A stretch of 63,731 nucleotides of DNA, counting the filler, from Octopus bimaculoides (Eukaryota), in the NCBI RefSeq assembly GCF_001194135.2. It is 4 parts of 4 records of this genome, joined end to end, with 100 filler letters (N's around TTAATTAATTAA, not from the genome) between each part and the next. Parts side by side here need not be neighbours in the genome. Positions count along the whole stretch, not along the records: positions 28,794 to 45,581 come from NC_069001.1; positions 45,682 to 55,259 come from NW_026361330.1; 2 more parts are not named here. The stretch is one strand, 5' to 3'. Each line of letters opens with the position of its first letter. Within the stretch, counting starts at the first letter, position 1. The notes beneath the pieces are model-generated. The model saw only the letters and a program-made list of their open reading frames with translations. It ran no database searches and was not told the DNA's origin. The translations under genes and the position numbers were made by a program. Below, piece after piece: positions 33,465 to 46,190 of this stretch.

Positions 33465-34005
33465 AAGCTTTCAGAACCATTAGCATGCTAGACAAAATGC
33501 TTAGCAGCATTTCATTTATCTCTACATTCTGTGTTCACATTCCACCAAGGTCAACATTATCTTTCATCCTTTTGGGTCGAATAAAATAAGTACCAGCTGA
33601 ACTCTGGGGTCGATGTAATTGACTGTCCCTCTCCCACAAAATTACTAGCCCACTACCAAAATTTGAAACCATTACTACTACTACTACTACTATTGTTATT
33701 ATTATCATTAGTAGTAGTAGTAGTAGTAGATCCACTCACAAGGCTTTGTTCGGCCTGAGGTTATAATAGAAGACACTTGCCCAAGGTGCCACATAGTGGG
33801 ACTGAGCCGGGAACCATGTGGTTGTGAAGCAAGCTTCTTACCACACAGCCATGCCTGGTTTCAGCCAGACTGGTAACAAAAGGGTTAAGCATCTGCTTCC
33901 CATGCTGGCATGGGTTACAGTTTGACTGAAGCTGCACCAGGTTCCAATCTGATCTAGTATGTTTTCTACAGTTGGATGCCCTTCCTAACGCCAACCACTC
34001 CAAAA
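33465..34005. mobile_element. SINE cluster (A +, B -, D -)
   Basis: 33465-33670 family A; 33735-33855 family B head, reverse complement; 33880-34005 family D, reverse complement. Confidence 0.7.
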
Positions 34006-34647
34006 AACAGGCAATGGGATTATAACGGTATTGCTACAGCTGTTTCATTAAGAGTTTTTATTTTGACATAATCATTATACAATTAGTTTGTGTATTATGT
34101 TACATAACAACCAACTCATCAGGCAATCAGATAAAACAAGTGAATAATGACCTCCTGATTAATCAAAACCCCAATACATAGGAGAGGGGACACTTGCTCC
34201 TGGCAGACTATCTCTCTATTGTTAGCAAAACAATAAAATGAACCTTGAGCATGTCATTGTGTTGTGGTGAAAAGCAGTGACCCAGCAGAAATGTAACTGC
34301 ATTGGGAAAAATACTTAAAGGTGTTTCTTCTGACTTTACAATCTGAGTTCAAATGCCATTCAGGGTTGACTCTGTTTTTCATCCTTTCGGGGTTGATAAA
34401 ATAAATACCAGTTGCTGGCTGGGCTTGTACCAGAATTTGAAATCCTTTATACTGTGGTTAGCCATCTAGCCAAGGGGTTAGCTATCTAGCCAAGGGGACT
34501 ATACCAAAGAGTGGAAAAGAAAGACATTACAGCAACAACAAGAGATATCGTGAAGTTTTCTCTTTGTTGAGGGTGTTAGAAGGATAGTGACAGATTTGAG
34601 CAACCCATGTCAACATGGAAAACATGGATTTCAAAATCAGGAGGGCA

Positions 34648-34678
<31 letters not shown>

Positions 34679-35299
34679 CAATAGTGATGGTGACATATGA
34701 TAAACGAGAATATAAAATGTTACTTGTTTTCACTTGACGTGATTCTGTGTGAAATATTTGAAGCATATTTTAGCAGTCATTTATTGATTTTTTTTTATTG
34801 ATTATTTATGCATATACGTGTACATACATAAAGATATATTCATATTATATATATACATACACACACACACATTTCATATACATACATAGATACATATCAA
34901 TGCACACACACACACACATACATTCACATATATATACATATACACACACACACAATTGAATATAGATGCATACACACACACACACATATATATATATATA
35001 CATTCACATATTTATACATACACATGCAGGAACATAGATACCTACACACACATGCATGTGTGTGTGTGTGTGCATGCATGCATTTTTTTCTTATTTCGAA
35101 AGCCCAATTAATTTTGTCAAGTATTTCAAGCAGTTTCCTACCAGAAAATTATATTCAGGTATTCAAATACAAACTTAATCTCATACTAACTATTTAATTT
35201 ATAGTATTTATTTTATACACTTATAAAATCTATATCTTTATTTGTTTTTTTTTCTTTTCTTTCTTGTATTTATCTTATTTTAATTTATTTTAGACAGAT

Positions 35300-35444
35300 A
35301 GGAGTGGCTGTGTGGTAAGAAGCTTGCTTATCAACCACATGGTTCTCGGTTCAGTCCCACTGCATGGTACCTTGGGCAAGTGTCTTCTACTATAGCCTTG
35401 GGCCGACCAAAGCCTTGTGAGTGGATTTGGTAGACAGAAACTGA
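35300..35444 (+). mobile_element. SINE family B head
   Basis: GGAGTGGCTGTGTGGTAAGAAGCTTGC...GGTTCAGTCCCACTGC...CCTTGGGCAAGTGTCTTCTACTATAGCC. Confidence 0.85.
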
Positions 35445-35710
35445 TCTCACCTCGCTTTTTTCCACAAGGCCTTAGGATGAATACTGCTGCGTATATTGAT
35501 AAAGTTAAGCCTTGGATAAAGTTCTGGATAAAGTTGTTAAGCCTTGGATCAACAATGTATGTGATGGAAGGCCTTGTGTCTTTCAACAAGATTCTGTACC
35601 ATCACACAAGGCTCAAAATGATACAAGAAAGGATGGCTGACAATTTGCATGATCACATGACCCCCAACATTTGGCCCCCTAATTCTCCAGATCTTAGTCC
35701 ACTGGACTAC
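35445..35710 (+). mobile_element. maT (DD37D) transposase catalytic fragment
   Basis: PRFFPQGLRMNTAAYI...KPWI...GRPCVFQQDSVPSHKAQ/MIQERMADNLHDHMTPNIWPPNSPDLSPLDY; 37 residues between the second and third Asp after correcting one +1 frameshift. Confidence 0.8.
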
Positions 35711-35790
35711 CAAGGCTATAGTAGATGACACTTGCCCAATGTCCTTGGCAGTGGGACCAAACCCAGCACCATGTGGTTGAGAAGTAGTTG
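35711..35790 (-). mobile_element. SINE family B head, inverted
   Basis: caaggctatagtagatgacacttgcccaa...gtgggaccaaacc is the reverse complement of the 35300 copy's sequence. Confidence 0.8.
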
Positions 35791-36315
35791 TTGGCATTGT
35801 TTTCAATATATGATGAGAATCTAAAGCTGCTATTTCTAGCAGGCCGAGCAACTACTTATGGACTATGTTGTTGTTGTTGTTGTCAGCATTTATTTTATTC
35901 GATGTACGATGAAAACCTAAACATTTGCCGTCATTCAATTCCACTGCACCTTGAAACACTAATTAGAATAATTACAGTAAGAGTTGTATAACAACTAATC
36001 AACTTCAACACTGTCTCTGTACGAGAGCAGCAACACCAACAGAAGAAGTAGGTCTCTCTTAAATGTAATTGAATACTTTAATGATGGAGGAGGAGGAGGG
36101 GAGAGAGAGACAGACAGATAGATGGGGAGGGGATACAAAGGAAAGGAGAGAGAAAGAGAGATAGTCGGGTTTCACAAATGTTCGGAAGATACATGATTAA
36201 AAACATTACAGTGGAAACATCAAACACTGACATCATTCCGTCAGTTGGTTTTTATTATTAAACAATGAATACTTCGTTTTTTATCAGCTTTATTTTGATT
36301 ATATAGTTTGTTATA

Positions 36316-36740
36316 TGGAATTGAACTCAGAATCTTGGGGTTAGTAGCTTGCACTCTTAACCACTACGCCATATGCCCGTGGGCAATTATGCAGTAAATT
36401 TTAGGGATTATAAATCTAATATTTCCTTATCCTTCCTTAATACCGGTTCCCATATGCTGCTCATATCTCGTACTCGGTCTGCTTAGGAGGTTGTTGTGTC
36501 CTAGCATATGTGCTGCTTCTTTTAGTTTTCATATTTTCCATTCATCCCACAGGTGGAGGTGGTCTCCATTTTTCCATACATGATCAGCTATACCCGATTT
36601 ATCAATATCTCCTTGTACCACAGCTTTGCGATGTTCCTCTACTCTTATTTTGAGGGGGCGGCATTTGCAAAGTGTTGTATTACTCTTGAATACTGTCCTG
36701 ATGTCATATCTTTTGTATCTTTTCGGAGAGGCCTTTCTGT
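36316..36740 (-). mobile_element. Poseidon-type Penelope-like element, 3' fragment (GIY-YIG region plus tRNA-like segment)
   Basis: KGLSEKIQK..YDIRTVFKSNTTL../RPLKIRVEEHRKAV..GDIDKSGIADHVWKN is homologous to 61910-62200; the ORF end is followed by GGCATATGGCGTAGTGGTTAAGAG...GAGTTCAATTCC. Confidence 0.85.
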
Positions 36741-38724
36741 GGAATGTTGACAAGTGAGTGTTTGAGTGTGAGTGAGATGTCAGTAAATAAATGAGTTGTA
36801 TCTGGTTAATGAAGAAAATTAAGAAACGAACGTAAGCGGAGATTTAGTGAAGAAATGATACAAGGCATATTGCAAATGAAAATAGAGGTACAACATCGAT
36901 TTTTCTGGAACCTTTCATTACAAAGCCTTTCCCAATTACTGACTTTTTTCCTAATCAGGGATGGTCACCTTGGCCAACACACCCTAGCACCCGTGCTGGC
37001 GTCACATAAAAAAAAAAGTATCCATGCACAAGGCCAGCACTTTCGATGGAAGGGATAAGTCAATCACATCAGTGTCGAACTGGTACTAATTATATCAACC
37101 CCAAAAGGCAAAATCGACCTCAACAGAATTTGAACTCAGAACATAAAGACACATGAAATGTCACTTGGCATTTTGCCCAGCGTGCTAACGATTCTGCCAG
37201 CTCATTGTCTCATTCCCGTCCATTAATATCTTAGGCTTTAATGCACTAAAAACTTTTTTTTCCTTGAATATCTGTTGCTGAACTATGGGTGTGTCTGATA
37301 TGCTTGTGTGTCTTTTATGCCATCCAATATGGTTGTCGTATTGTATTTTATAAAATTATGTGTCACGCTTGAATGTTTACTCATCGATAACGAAAGCAAG
37401 AAGTGGGGATGGTCCTTTGATAATTGGAATGAAACGGAGCAGAAAACCTTCACAAGGGGGAGCAGTGGTGCCTATTCAATTATAAGATTAGTCAGAAGTT
37501 GTTGTTATTGTTTAGTCAGAGGTTAGCTTTGATCAGGAGACCTGTATCCTTACAGTCATTCTAACCATGACTGTCCTGGGTGTAGAGTAATTTTTAATTA
37601 GAGTTCTTTTATTTTTTTTGTTTATCCTTGTTTCAGCTATCAGATTACGGCCATGCTGGGGCACTTGCCTTGATGAATCAGCCCCAGTACTTACTTTTTT
37701 CTTTTTAGCTTCATCCTTATTCTATCAGTCTCTCAGGTCAAACCGCTAAGTTATATGGACATAAATACACCGACACTGTTTGTCAAACAGTTGTAAAGGA
37801 CAAATACACACATAAAGGCACATCAACATCTAACGTCCATTTTCCATGCTGGCATGGGTTGGATGGCTTGACAGGAGCTGGCAAGGCCCAGGGGGCCACA
37901 CCAGGTTCCAGTCATCTGTTTTAGCTTGGTTTCTATAGTTGGATGCTCTTCCTAACACCAATGAGTACTGGGTGCTTTTTACATGGCATCAGCGCATACA
38001 AGGTCTTCTTTCAGTTTCCATGTACCAAATCCACTCAAAGGGCTTTGATTGGCCCAAGGCTACAGTAGAAGACGCTTGGTCAAGATGCTATGCAGTGGTA
38101 CTGAACCCAGAACCACAAGGTCAAGAGGCAAGTTTCTTCCCACACAGCCACTGTATCAATATAGTTTGCTGTTATTTCTGGCAAAATTCAGTATTTATAA
38201 TGAGGTTCTCTTGTTACCTGGATTAATTAGTCATCAAAGTCATATATTTTAATGTCACATAATCGAACGGCAGTGGAGTGGGGTAGGTGGTAATGGTTTG
38301 AGAATCACTTGCATAAAGAGGTTTGAGTTCACATACAAATTCAAGTTTGTGGGAGACACACGTGCATGAGAAAATTAAAAGCTCACCTGAATATTAAGAT
38401 ATTTTCAGCAGGTAAAAAAAAGAAGAAAAACAGAGAAACAAAAGTGCAAAAATGCTTTAAAAAGGGAAAAAAATAAGTCATAACTGAAAATTGTCTTATT
38501 CTATTTTTTGTTTTTTATTGAATGTTCTTATTGTTTTTATTTTTCTTATTATTTTTGTGATATTCTTATCAAGTGTGGTATTGTTGTTTTTATTTAGACC
38601 AAGGTCAACCTCAGGCCATCAAACTTACATTGCTTGTATTCAAAGGTGTTTCAGCCACGACCACGTCACCTCGGGTTCAAACAGTGAATCTTGAACTTCA
38701 TTATCCAATGTACCCTTCTATTTT

Positions 38725-38988
38725 TTTACATTATATACATTTGACGGATACTTGTCCTCATCTTGTTTGTTGTTAACACGTTTCAGCTGATATACCCTCC
38801 AGCCTTCATCAGGTGTCTTGGGAAAATTTCAAACCTGCATTCTTGTTCCTAAATTTATTTTTCAATGTTGTTGTTGTTATTATTATTACTATTATTATTA
38901 TTGTTGTTGTTATTGTTCAGGTGACTGCTTGCAATCGAACTCGGAATCTTGGGGTTAGTAGCCTGTGCTCTTAACCACTACACCATAT
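38725..38988 (-). mobile_element. Solo tRNA-headed hammerhead module; an inverted partial copy abuts it at 38989-39041
   Basis: Reverse complement: ATATGGTGTAGTGGTTAAGAG...CTACTAACCCCAAGATTCCGAGTTCGATTGC...(AAT/AAC)n...CCAAGACACCTGATGAAGG...GAAAC...ACAAACAAGATGAGGACAAGTATCCGTCAAATGTA. Confidence 0.85.
38775..38817 (-). ncRNA. Hammerhead ribozyme motif, probably inactive copy
   Basis: GACAC-CTGATGA-A-GGCTG(GAGGGTATAT)CAGCT-GAAA-C-GTGTT; 3 nt shorter than the 5829 copy between GAAA and stem I, so it lacks a valid NUH triplet. Confidence 0.6.
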
Positions 38989-39577
38989 ACCCCAAGATTC
39001 CGAGTTCGATTCCAAGCAGTGACCTGAACAACAACAACAACAAAACAAAATCTTAAATGGACCCCCAAGGGTCATATGAACCCAAATTGAGGGCCACTAA
39101 TATAGAGGTGCCAATACTGAATAGCAATGGAACTAAATAAAATAGTCATCACCATCATTCATTATTTTATGAAGTTTGTGCTGTTGAGCAAGAATTTTGT
39201 CACCTATATTGGTAGGTGGACCCAGGCATCTCAGGTGTCATGTGGAAGGGCCCACAAAAACCACAATGGTGCTGATGATGATAGCAATAATAATGATGAT
39301 AATGGTGGAAATGATGATGATGACGGCAGCGATGATGATGAGATGATGGTGATGTTGACAGCGATGATGATGATGACGATGACAATGATGATAATCACAG
39401 TGACGATGATGATGATGATGGTGATGGTGACTGTGAAACCCAGATCTGATTGAAATGTTTGAACAGAGAGACACTGTACACCTGTTCTGAAACTGGAATA
39501 TGTATATAAAACATGGCATAAATCAACTGCACTATCTCTTGTCATAGAAGATCTAAAAAAAAAAAAAGAGAGAGAAA

Positions 39578-39608
<31 letters not shown>

Positions 39609-40200
39609 TTGTCTCTTCTGATCAATCAAGAGAAATCGATCAATATACACTTCGAAATAAAGAAAAATAATTTGAGAAGCAAATGCATAAAAAAAAAATG
39701 TAGGAATAAAACCAAAAAGGACATGCAATTAAACCTCACGCTTATCGTAAATTAAAATCTTCATTAGATTAAGTGATCAAAACGAAGACTTAAAACTGAT
39801 TGAAAACAAAAAAATGAAAAGATATAAAAATAAAATAAAATAAAATAAAATAAAGAATTGTTGTTAGTGTTTCTCATCAGAGTTTATCACTTTGGTTCAT
39901 TCGTCGTTAAACAAACTTAATTAAGCCTTGACTAGTCTTGTTGGTGTCATCTGTAGAACTAAAATAAATGTTTTGATGTTTGTAGTGGAATTCTGGTGGA
40001 AGGTTTTAATTCAGATCATTTTAAAAAAAAGAGGGTTTGTCACAGGACCAAGAGTAATTTCAGGCAGATTGGAACCAAAAGGGAGCAGTGTCCAGTGGGT
40101 TGATAACAGAAGGGTTCAAGAATTTAGTAAACTGTCATATTAAGTTGGTATTTGAAAAACAAATAGACATAGAAGTTTGACAGAAAGTTCTAATTTAGAT

Positions 40201-40466
40201 CAGTTGTTCCCAAAGCTGGAGGGAAAGATTGAGAGCGGGATGAAGAAAAGTGGGGCAATTATGGGGTGGCCAAAAGGGACAATGGATGTAAAAAAAAAAA
40301 AACAAATAAAGGATTAATTAGGTTAAGTTATTATTGTGAAATATAGCTGTTTTGAATTTGCTACAGAAAGTGGTCCGTGTTTGTGGTAGCGAGTTGGGGA
40401 GAAGGTGCTAGGAATGTGGCCTCGGTGCCAAGGAGGTGGTAGCCTGAAAAACTTCAACAACCACTG
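40201..40466. mobile_element. hAT-family MITE (266 bp) with an 8-bp target-site duplication
   Basis: Termini CAGTTGTTCCCAAAG and CTTCAACAACCACTG (imperfect TIR starting CAGT); identical ATTTAGAT at 40193-40200 and 40467-40474. Confidence 0.85.
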
Positions 40467-41300
40467 ATTTAGATCATTTTAAAACAAGAAGTTTGTACCA
40501 TAGAACCATGGACAATCTCAGGTGGATTGATACCAAAAGGTTGACAATATCTCAAGTATCATAATGCTTCACGAAAATAAGGATGAATTAACAAACATCC
40601 ACACAAGCAAATAAGCAGTAAATTCAGCTGATCTATTACCTGTTGAATTGAAACAAAAACAAACTCCTTAACGACAGGTAGATGGGTCTTTCATCATAAT
40701 CATCATGTTAGGTGAATATGAAAAATTACAGCTGTAGAAAATCACATTGAGGAATCATATTTTCCCAATAATTGATCTAAGAGCTTTTTAAATGTCTGCT
40801 ACTCATCAATTACAATAAATCAAATTGGAATTCAATTACTTGTAAGTGAAAATGTTATTTAAGTGTCTGTCGGTCTTAGAAACAAGGACACAAAATGGAG
40901 TTTCCATTGAGGCAGCAACTATAATAACAACATTGCTCGATAAGTGAAGGAAGAATGCATTTATGAAGTCTTAAGATAAGCATATGAAGATGATGATGAT
41001 GACAATGACCATGATGATGATGGTGATTATGATGATAATGACAACGTTGATTATGATGATGATGATGAAAACGACAATGTTGATGACAGTGGTAATGATG
41101 ATGAGGATGACGATGATGATGATGGTGGTGATGGTGGCAGGAGTAACAATGATGATGATGATGTTGATGATGGTGGTGAAGAGGAAGACAACGACAGCAC
41201 CAATGATGATAATGATCCTTTAATAGTGATAATGGCAGATGTAACACTTCACAAAAACATCTTTAAAACTAAGTTTTACTTTCAAGAATTTATACCTATA

Positions 41301-41343
<43 letters not shown>

Positions 41344-42369
41344 GACTGTGACCATGCTGGAGCACCGCCTTTAGTCGAACAAACTGACCCCAGGACTTAT
41401 TCTTTGTAAGCTTAGTACTTATTCTATCGGTCTCTTTTGCTGAACCACAAAGTTATGGGAACGTAAACACACCAACATCTGTTGTCAAGCGATTTGGGAG
41501 GGATTCAGCTTCTATTTCTAGCAGGTTGAGCTGTCTCTAAAGCTTTCACTAATGGATGCAAAATGGCAAGACTATATAATTCACATGATAAATTCCATTC
41601 TGTCATCAACGTTCTATTATGCTTCCAGTGACCATATTCTTAACTCTACCAAATTCTCAGCTAAACCTGGCTTTTCAAGACAGATTGTTGGAATTTTCTA
41701 GAAATACATTTAGGCTTTCATACCTACCAGGAGAAGGCAATTACTTCCCAACTGCTATGAAATGGTCGTCTCCCAGGCAAGAAATCAATATTTATTAATA
41801 TAGATACTTTGGGTAGCAAACCCAAAATCAGAACTATGATCTTCATTAATTAAGTCCATTGTCAATGCTTAGCATCATAGAACTTTGTTAAATTTTCCTT
41901 GGATTCCAAAATGGATTTTCCCTCCACACCACCATGACATCACACTCCGCCACCCATGTTCTTGGGATAAATCTTCATTCAATTACAATTAATGTGATTC
42001 AAGGTTTGTAACCGTTTCTTAGTCTCTTGTATTTCTTCATTCTGATTTTTTCAGTTCTGCTGCCATTCAACATCCCCGACCCTCTACACACACTATCACA
42101 GATACAGAATTGTATATACATACACTTACTATTACATATATGTACAATATCACACACACACACACATACACACACAGTATTTTACATGCACACAGTATCA
42201 CATACACATACACTTACTATCACACATACATACAATCTCATACACACACACACTATCACACATACTACACACACACACTAAGTCAATAACAGTGACCCCC
42301 CCAGTGTGTGACTGGTACTTATTTTACCTGAACTCAGAATGTGAAGACGGACAAAATACTATTAATATT

Positions 42370-42580
42370 CTTTTCTACTCTAGGCACAAGGTCCAAAATT
42401 TGGGGGGAGGGGACCAGTCGATTAGATCAACCCCAGTACATAACTGGTATTTAATTTATCAACCCTGAAAGGATGAAAGGCAAAGTTAACCTTGGCAGAA
42501 TTTGAACTCAGAATGTAAAGACAGATGAAATACCGCTAAGAATTTCACCTGGTGTGCTAACGTTTCTGCCAGCTCGCTGT
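42370..42580 (-). mobile_element. SINE family A
   Basis: Reverse complement of the full head, body and tail. Confidence 0.85.
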
Positions 42581-44929
42581 AAATAATAATAATAATAACA
42601 GTGTGTTGCTAAGCAATGAAAATGAGGAAGACTTCGGAAATTTGGCAGCACCAAATTTGTGAGAGTCATCACTATCATAACAACAGTAGCTTCCTTTTAA
42701 TTATCTGAGTAAACGATTATCTTCGTTAAACATAAATCACCAATAAACCTCAAGAGTCGTATGCACACATGATAAAATTTTTCAGCTTATTAAAACATAC
42801 TCATTATGCTAATTATTTAGAAATTAGTTTTTTAATGAACAAAAATTGTTCTAGTTTGGTTCTTTTTGTAGGGGGAGAGGTGTGTGTTTGTGTGCATGTT
42901 TGCATGTATGCAGATGTGTGCATATGTGTATGTATGCACATGCTTTTTGATGAAAGAAAAGTTTTTCGTGTGCATGTGTATGATCATGTGTGTGGTGTGT
43001 GTATGTGTGTGTGTGTGTGTGTGGTGTGATGTGTGTGTGTGTGTGTGATGTGTGTGTGTGTTACATCCTTCCTTCCTCATGAGTGAATTTGGTAGACAGA
43101 AACTGTGTGGAAGTCCACCATATGCAGATTGTGTGTGTGTGTGTGTGTTTATGTTTGTGTCTCTCTAGCATTTGACAACTGCTATTAGTTTGTTTACATC
43201 CCTGTAAGCTCATAGTTTGGCAAAGGAGACAGCTCCAAAGTACTGTTGCTGAATATCTCTCGTTGTGAGATTTAGAAATAGTAATTTTCTAAGGAAGGAC
43301 ATGTTTGATAATGTAGTCCTAGATACACTATGCTTGAATATAATAAATGAAAAACAGAATGGTCATTGATAAAACCCCTTTGATCACAGGTTAATTTGAT
43401 CAAGTTTCACCTGAGGCAAAAATTAACAACAGAGGACACATCATCATTGCTCAACACACTAAAAAAGGTAGCCAAATTTGCCTCAATTATATACTATAAC
43501 TTAAAAAAGAATGGGAGGTCGATGACTGCTGGACTGGCTTTAATCATAGATCTATTGAAACAAGTCTGAATTTGGAATTCCTGTACAATCCTATTGCCAA
43601 CATACAATTATTATTATTATCATTATTATTATTATTATTATTGTGCCAAACCACACCTTGTGCTGCTCCCTCACTTCAGATGCACTTTGTGTGATTAATG
43701 GCAATATAGTCAAAGTTGGCCCCAGGCTGATGAAACCCCTTAAGGCAGTGCTCCAGCATGGCCACAGTCAAAATGACTGAAACAAGTAAAAGAATAAAAG
43801 AATATATGTGACAGGCTTCCACACAGTTCCCTTTTATCATATTCACTCATAAGGCATTGGTTGGCCCAGGGCACTAAGTTAAAAGACACTTGCCCAAGGT
43901 GCCGTGCAGTGGGACTGAACTCCAAACTGCATGGTTGGAAAGCAAGTTTCCTAACCACACAGCCATGCCTGCACCTATTTGATGAAATAAATAATAAGCA
44001 AGTGAGGATTTATTGACTATTAAATCCTGAATAAAATTTTGATTGAAGAAATCTGGAAATTTAACAGAAAATTATAATTGGAAGAGTGAATTCACAGAAC
44101 TTTTAAATGGCACAAACTGCAGTTATTTGAAACATTTTGTGGTTCCAACTGGTGTCTTGTACCCTGTCACCCCACGTAACTCTTCTCCCCTTCTTATCTC
44201 TCTCTTTCTCTCCCTCACACACACATATATATATATATATATATACACATATGTACATACATATATATACATACATATATATACATACACACATATACAC
44301 TTAGGTATACATACATAGATATACATACTCAAATGTGTGTGTGTATAAACTCCTACTTTATTCACATCTATTGACGTTTGATATTCAAATAAACTTGTCG
44401 CTCTTCTTTTTTTGTTTTTTTTTTATCTACACCAAAAACTAGAACTAATGAGAATAATTACATCAACGTAGGAGGAAACAAAGTGAAATAAAACTAAGAC
44501 ATAAAAGGGGTCAGTGGAGGCGGGGGTGGGGGGAGAGGATCTAGGATTGGGTGTGGAGTTGATTAGATAACTCAATAAAACAANNNNNNNNNNNNNNNNN
44601 NNNNNNNNNNNNNNNNNNNNNNNNNNNNNNNNNNNNNNNNNNNNNNNNNNNNNNNNNNNNNNNNNNNNNNNNNNNNNNNNNNNNNNNNNNNNNNNNNNNN
44701 NNNNNNNNNNNNNNNNNNNNNNNNNNNNNNNNNNNNNNNNNNNNNNNNNNNNNNNNNNNNNNNNNNNNNNNNNNAGTTGGAATTTCATTATTTCCTTGTA
44801 GTAAAGAAAAAAGAACTTTTCTGAATCCTACGGAAATTATAAGATGGTATTGAAAACTCCATGGAAATCTTGACAGTCCTAATTGAAGGAAATGAATGCG
44901 AGGGGCATAAATGCTCAACATTATTAATA

Positions 44930-45570
44930 AAGCAGTGAGCTAGCAGAATCGTTGCATGCTTAGCAGCATTTCATCTGTCTTTATGTTCTGAGTTCAAATT
45001 CTTGCTGAGGTCGACTTTGCCTTTCATCCTTTCAGGGTTGATAAAATCAGTACCAGTTACACACTGGGGTCGATGTAATTGACTTAATCCCTTCCCCCAA
45101 ATTTGAGGCCTTGTGCTTCCAGTAGAAAGGATTATTAATAAGGCAGTGAGCTAGCAGAATTGTTACATGCTGAGTAGAATACTTAGTGGCATTTCATCTG
45201 TCTTTACATTCTGAGTTCAAATTCCATCAAGGTCGACTTAGCCTTTCGTCTTTTCAGGGCCAATAAATCAAGTACCAGTCAAGCACTGAGGGAAAATGCT
45301 TAGAAGTATTTAGCCTGTCTTTATGTTCCGAGTTCAAATTTAGAAGGGCATCCAGCGGCAAAAACCTTGCCAAAACTGACCTCACCTGTTCTTGTGCCAC
45401 GTAAAAAGTACTGAGTCCATTCTGCTGAGTGGTTGGTGTTAGGAAGGGCATCCAGCTGTAAAAATCCTGCCAAAACAGTCACAGAAGTCTGGTGCAAGCT
45501 TCTGCATGACTGGCTCCTGTGAAACCGTCCCATCCATGCTAGTATAGAAGGCAGACGTTAAACGATGCTG
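44930..45570 (+). mobile_element. SINE cluster (two family A copies, a fragment, then family D)
   Basis: A at about 44930-45130 and 45140-45290; D body with a duplicated AGGAAGGGCATCCAGC block at 45345-45570. Confidence 0.8.
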
Positions 45571-45581
45571 ATTATATATAT

Positions 45582-45681
45582 NNNNNNNNNNNNNNNNNNN
45601 NNNNNNNNNNNNNNNNNNNNNNNNNTTAATTAATTAANNNNNNNNNNNNNNNNNNNNNNNNNNNNNNNNNNNNNNNNNNNN
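45582..45681. other. Artificial scaffold linker (44 N + TTAATTAATTAA + 44 N)
   Basis: Same 100-bp construct as at 28694. Confidence 0.9.
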
Positions 45682-46157
45682 AACAAAAATAAAAATAAAA
45701 AATTAATATAAAACAACAACAAATTGAATCTGACGAGGCTAGGGTTTGAAACTTCGTACCGATTCTATAATAGGTGTGATATTAAAAAATTGAGAAATTT
45801 ACATATAGATGCATACATCTTATTTATTATTTACATATACATGTAAGAATGTATACATACATATGTATGTATATACACATATGTATACATATATACATAC
45901 GTATATATATATTTATGTATATACATACATTATATATGTATATATACATATATGTATATATATGTATATATGTATATTTATATACATATATTATATATAG
46001 GTATAAATATTATATACGTACGTATATTCATGCATGCATTTTGTATACGCATGTATATATATTTATACGTATGAATATACATATGTACATTAATTTGTGT
46101 ATATCTATATATACATATGTTGTACTCATACATACATACATACATACATACATATAC

Positions 46158-46190
<33 letters not shown>

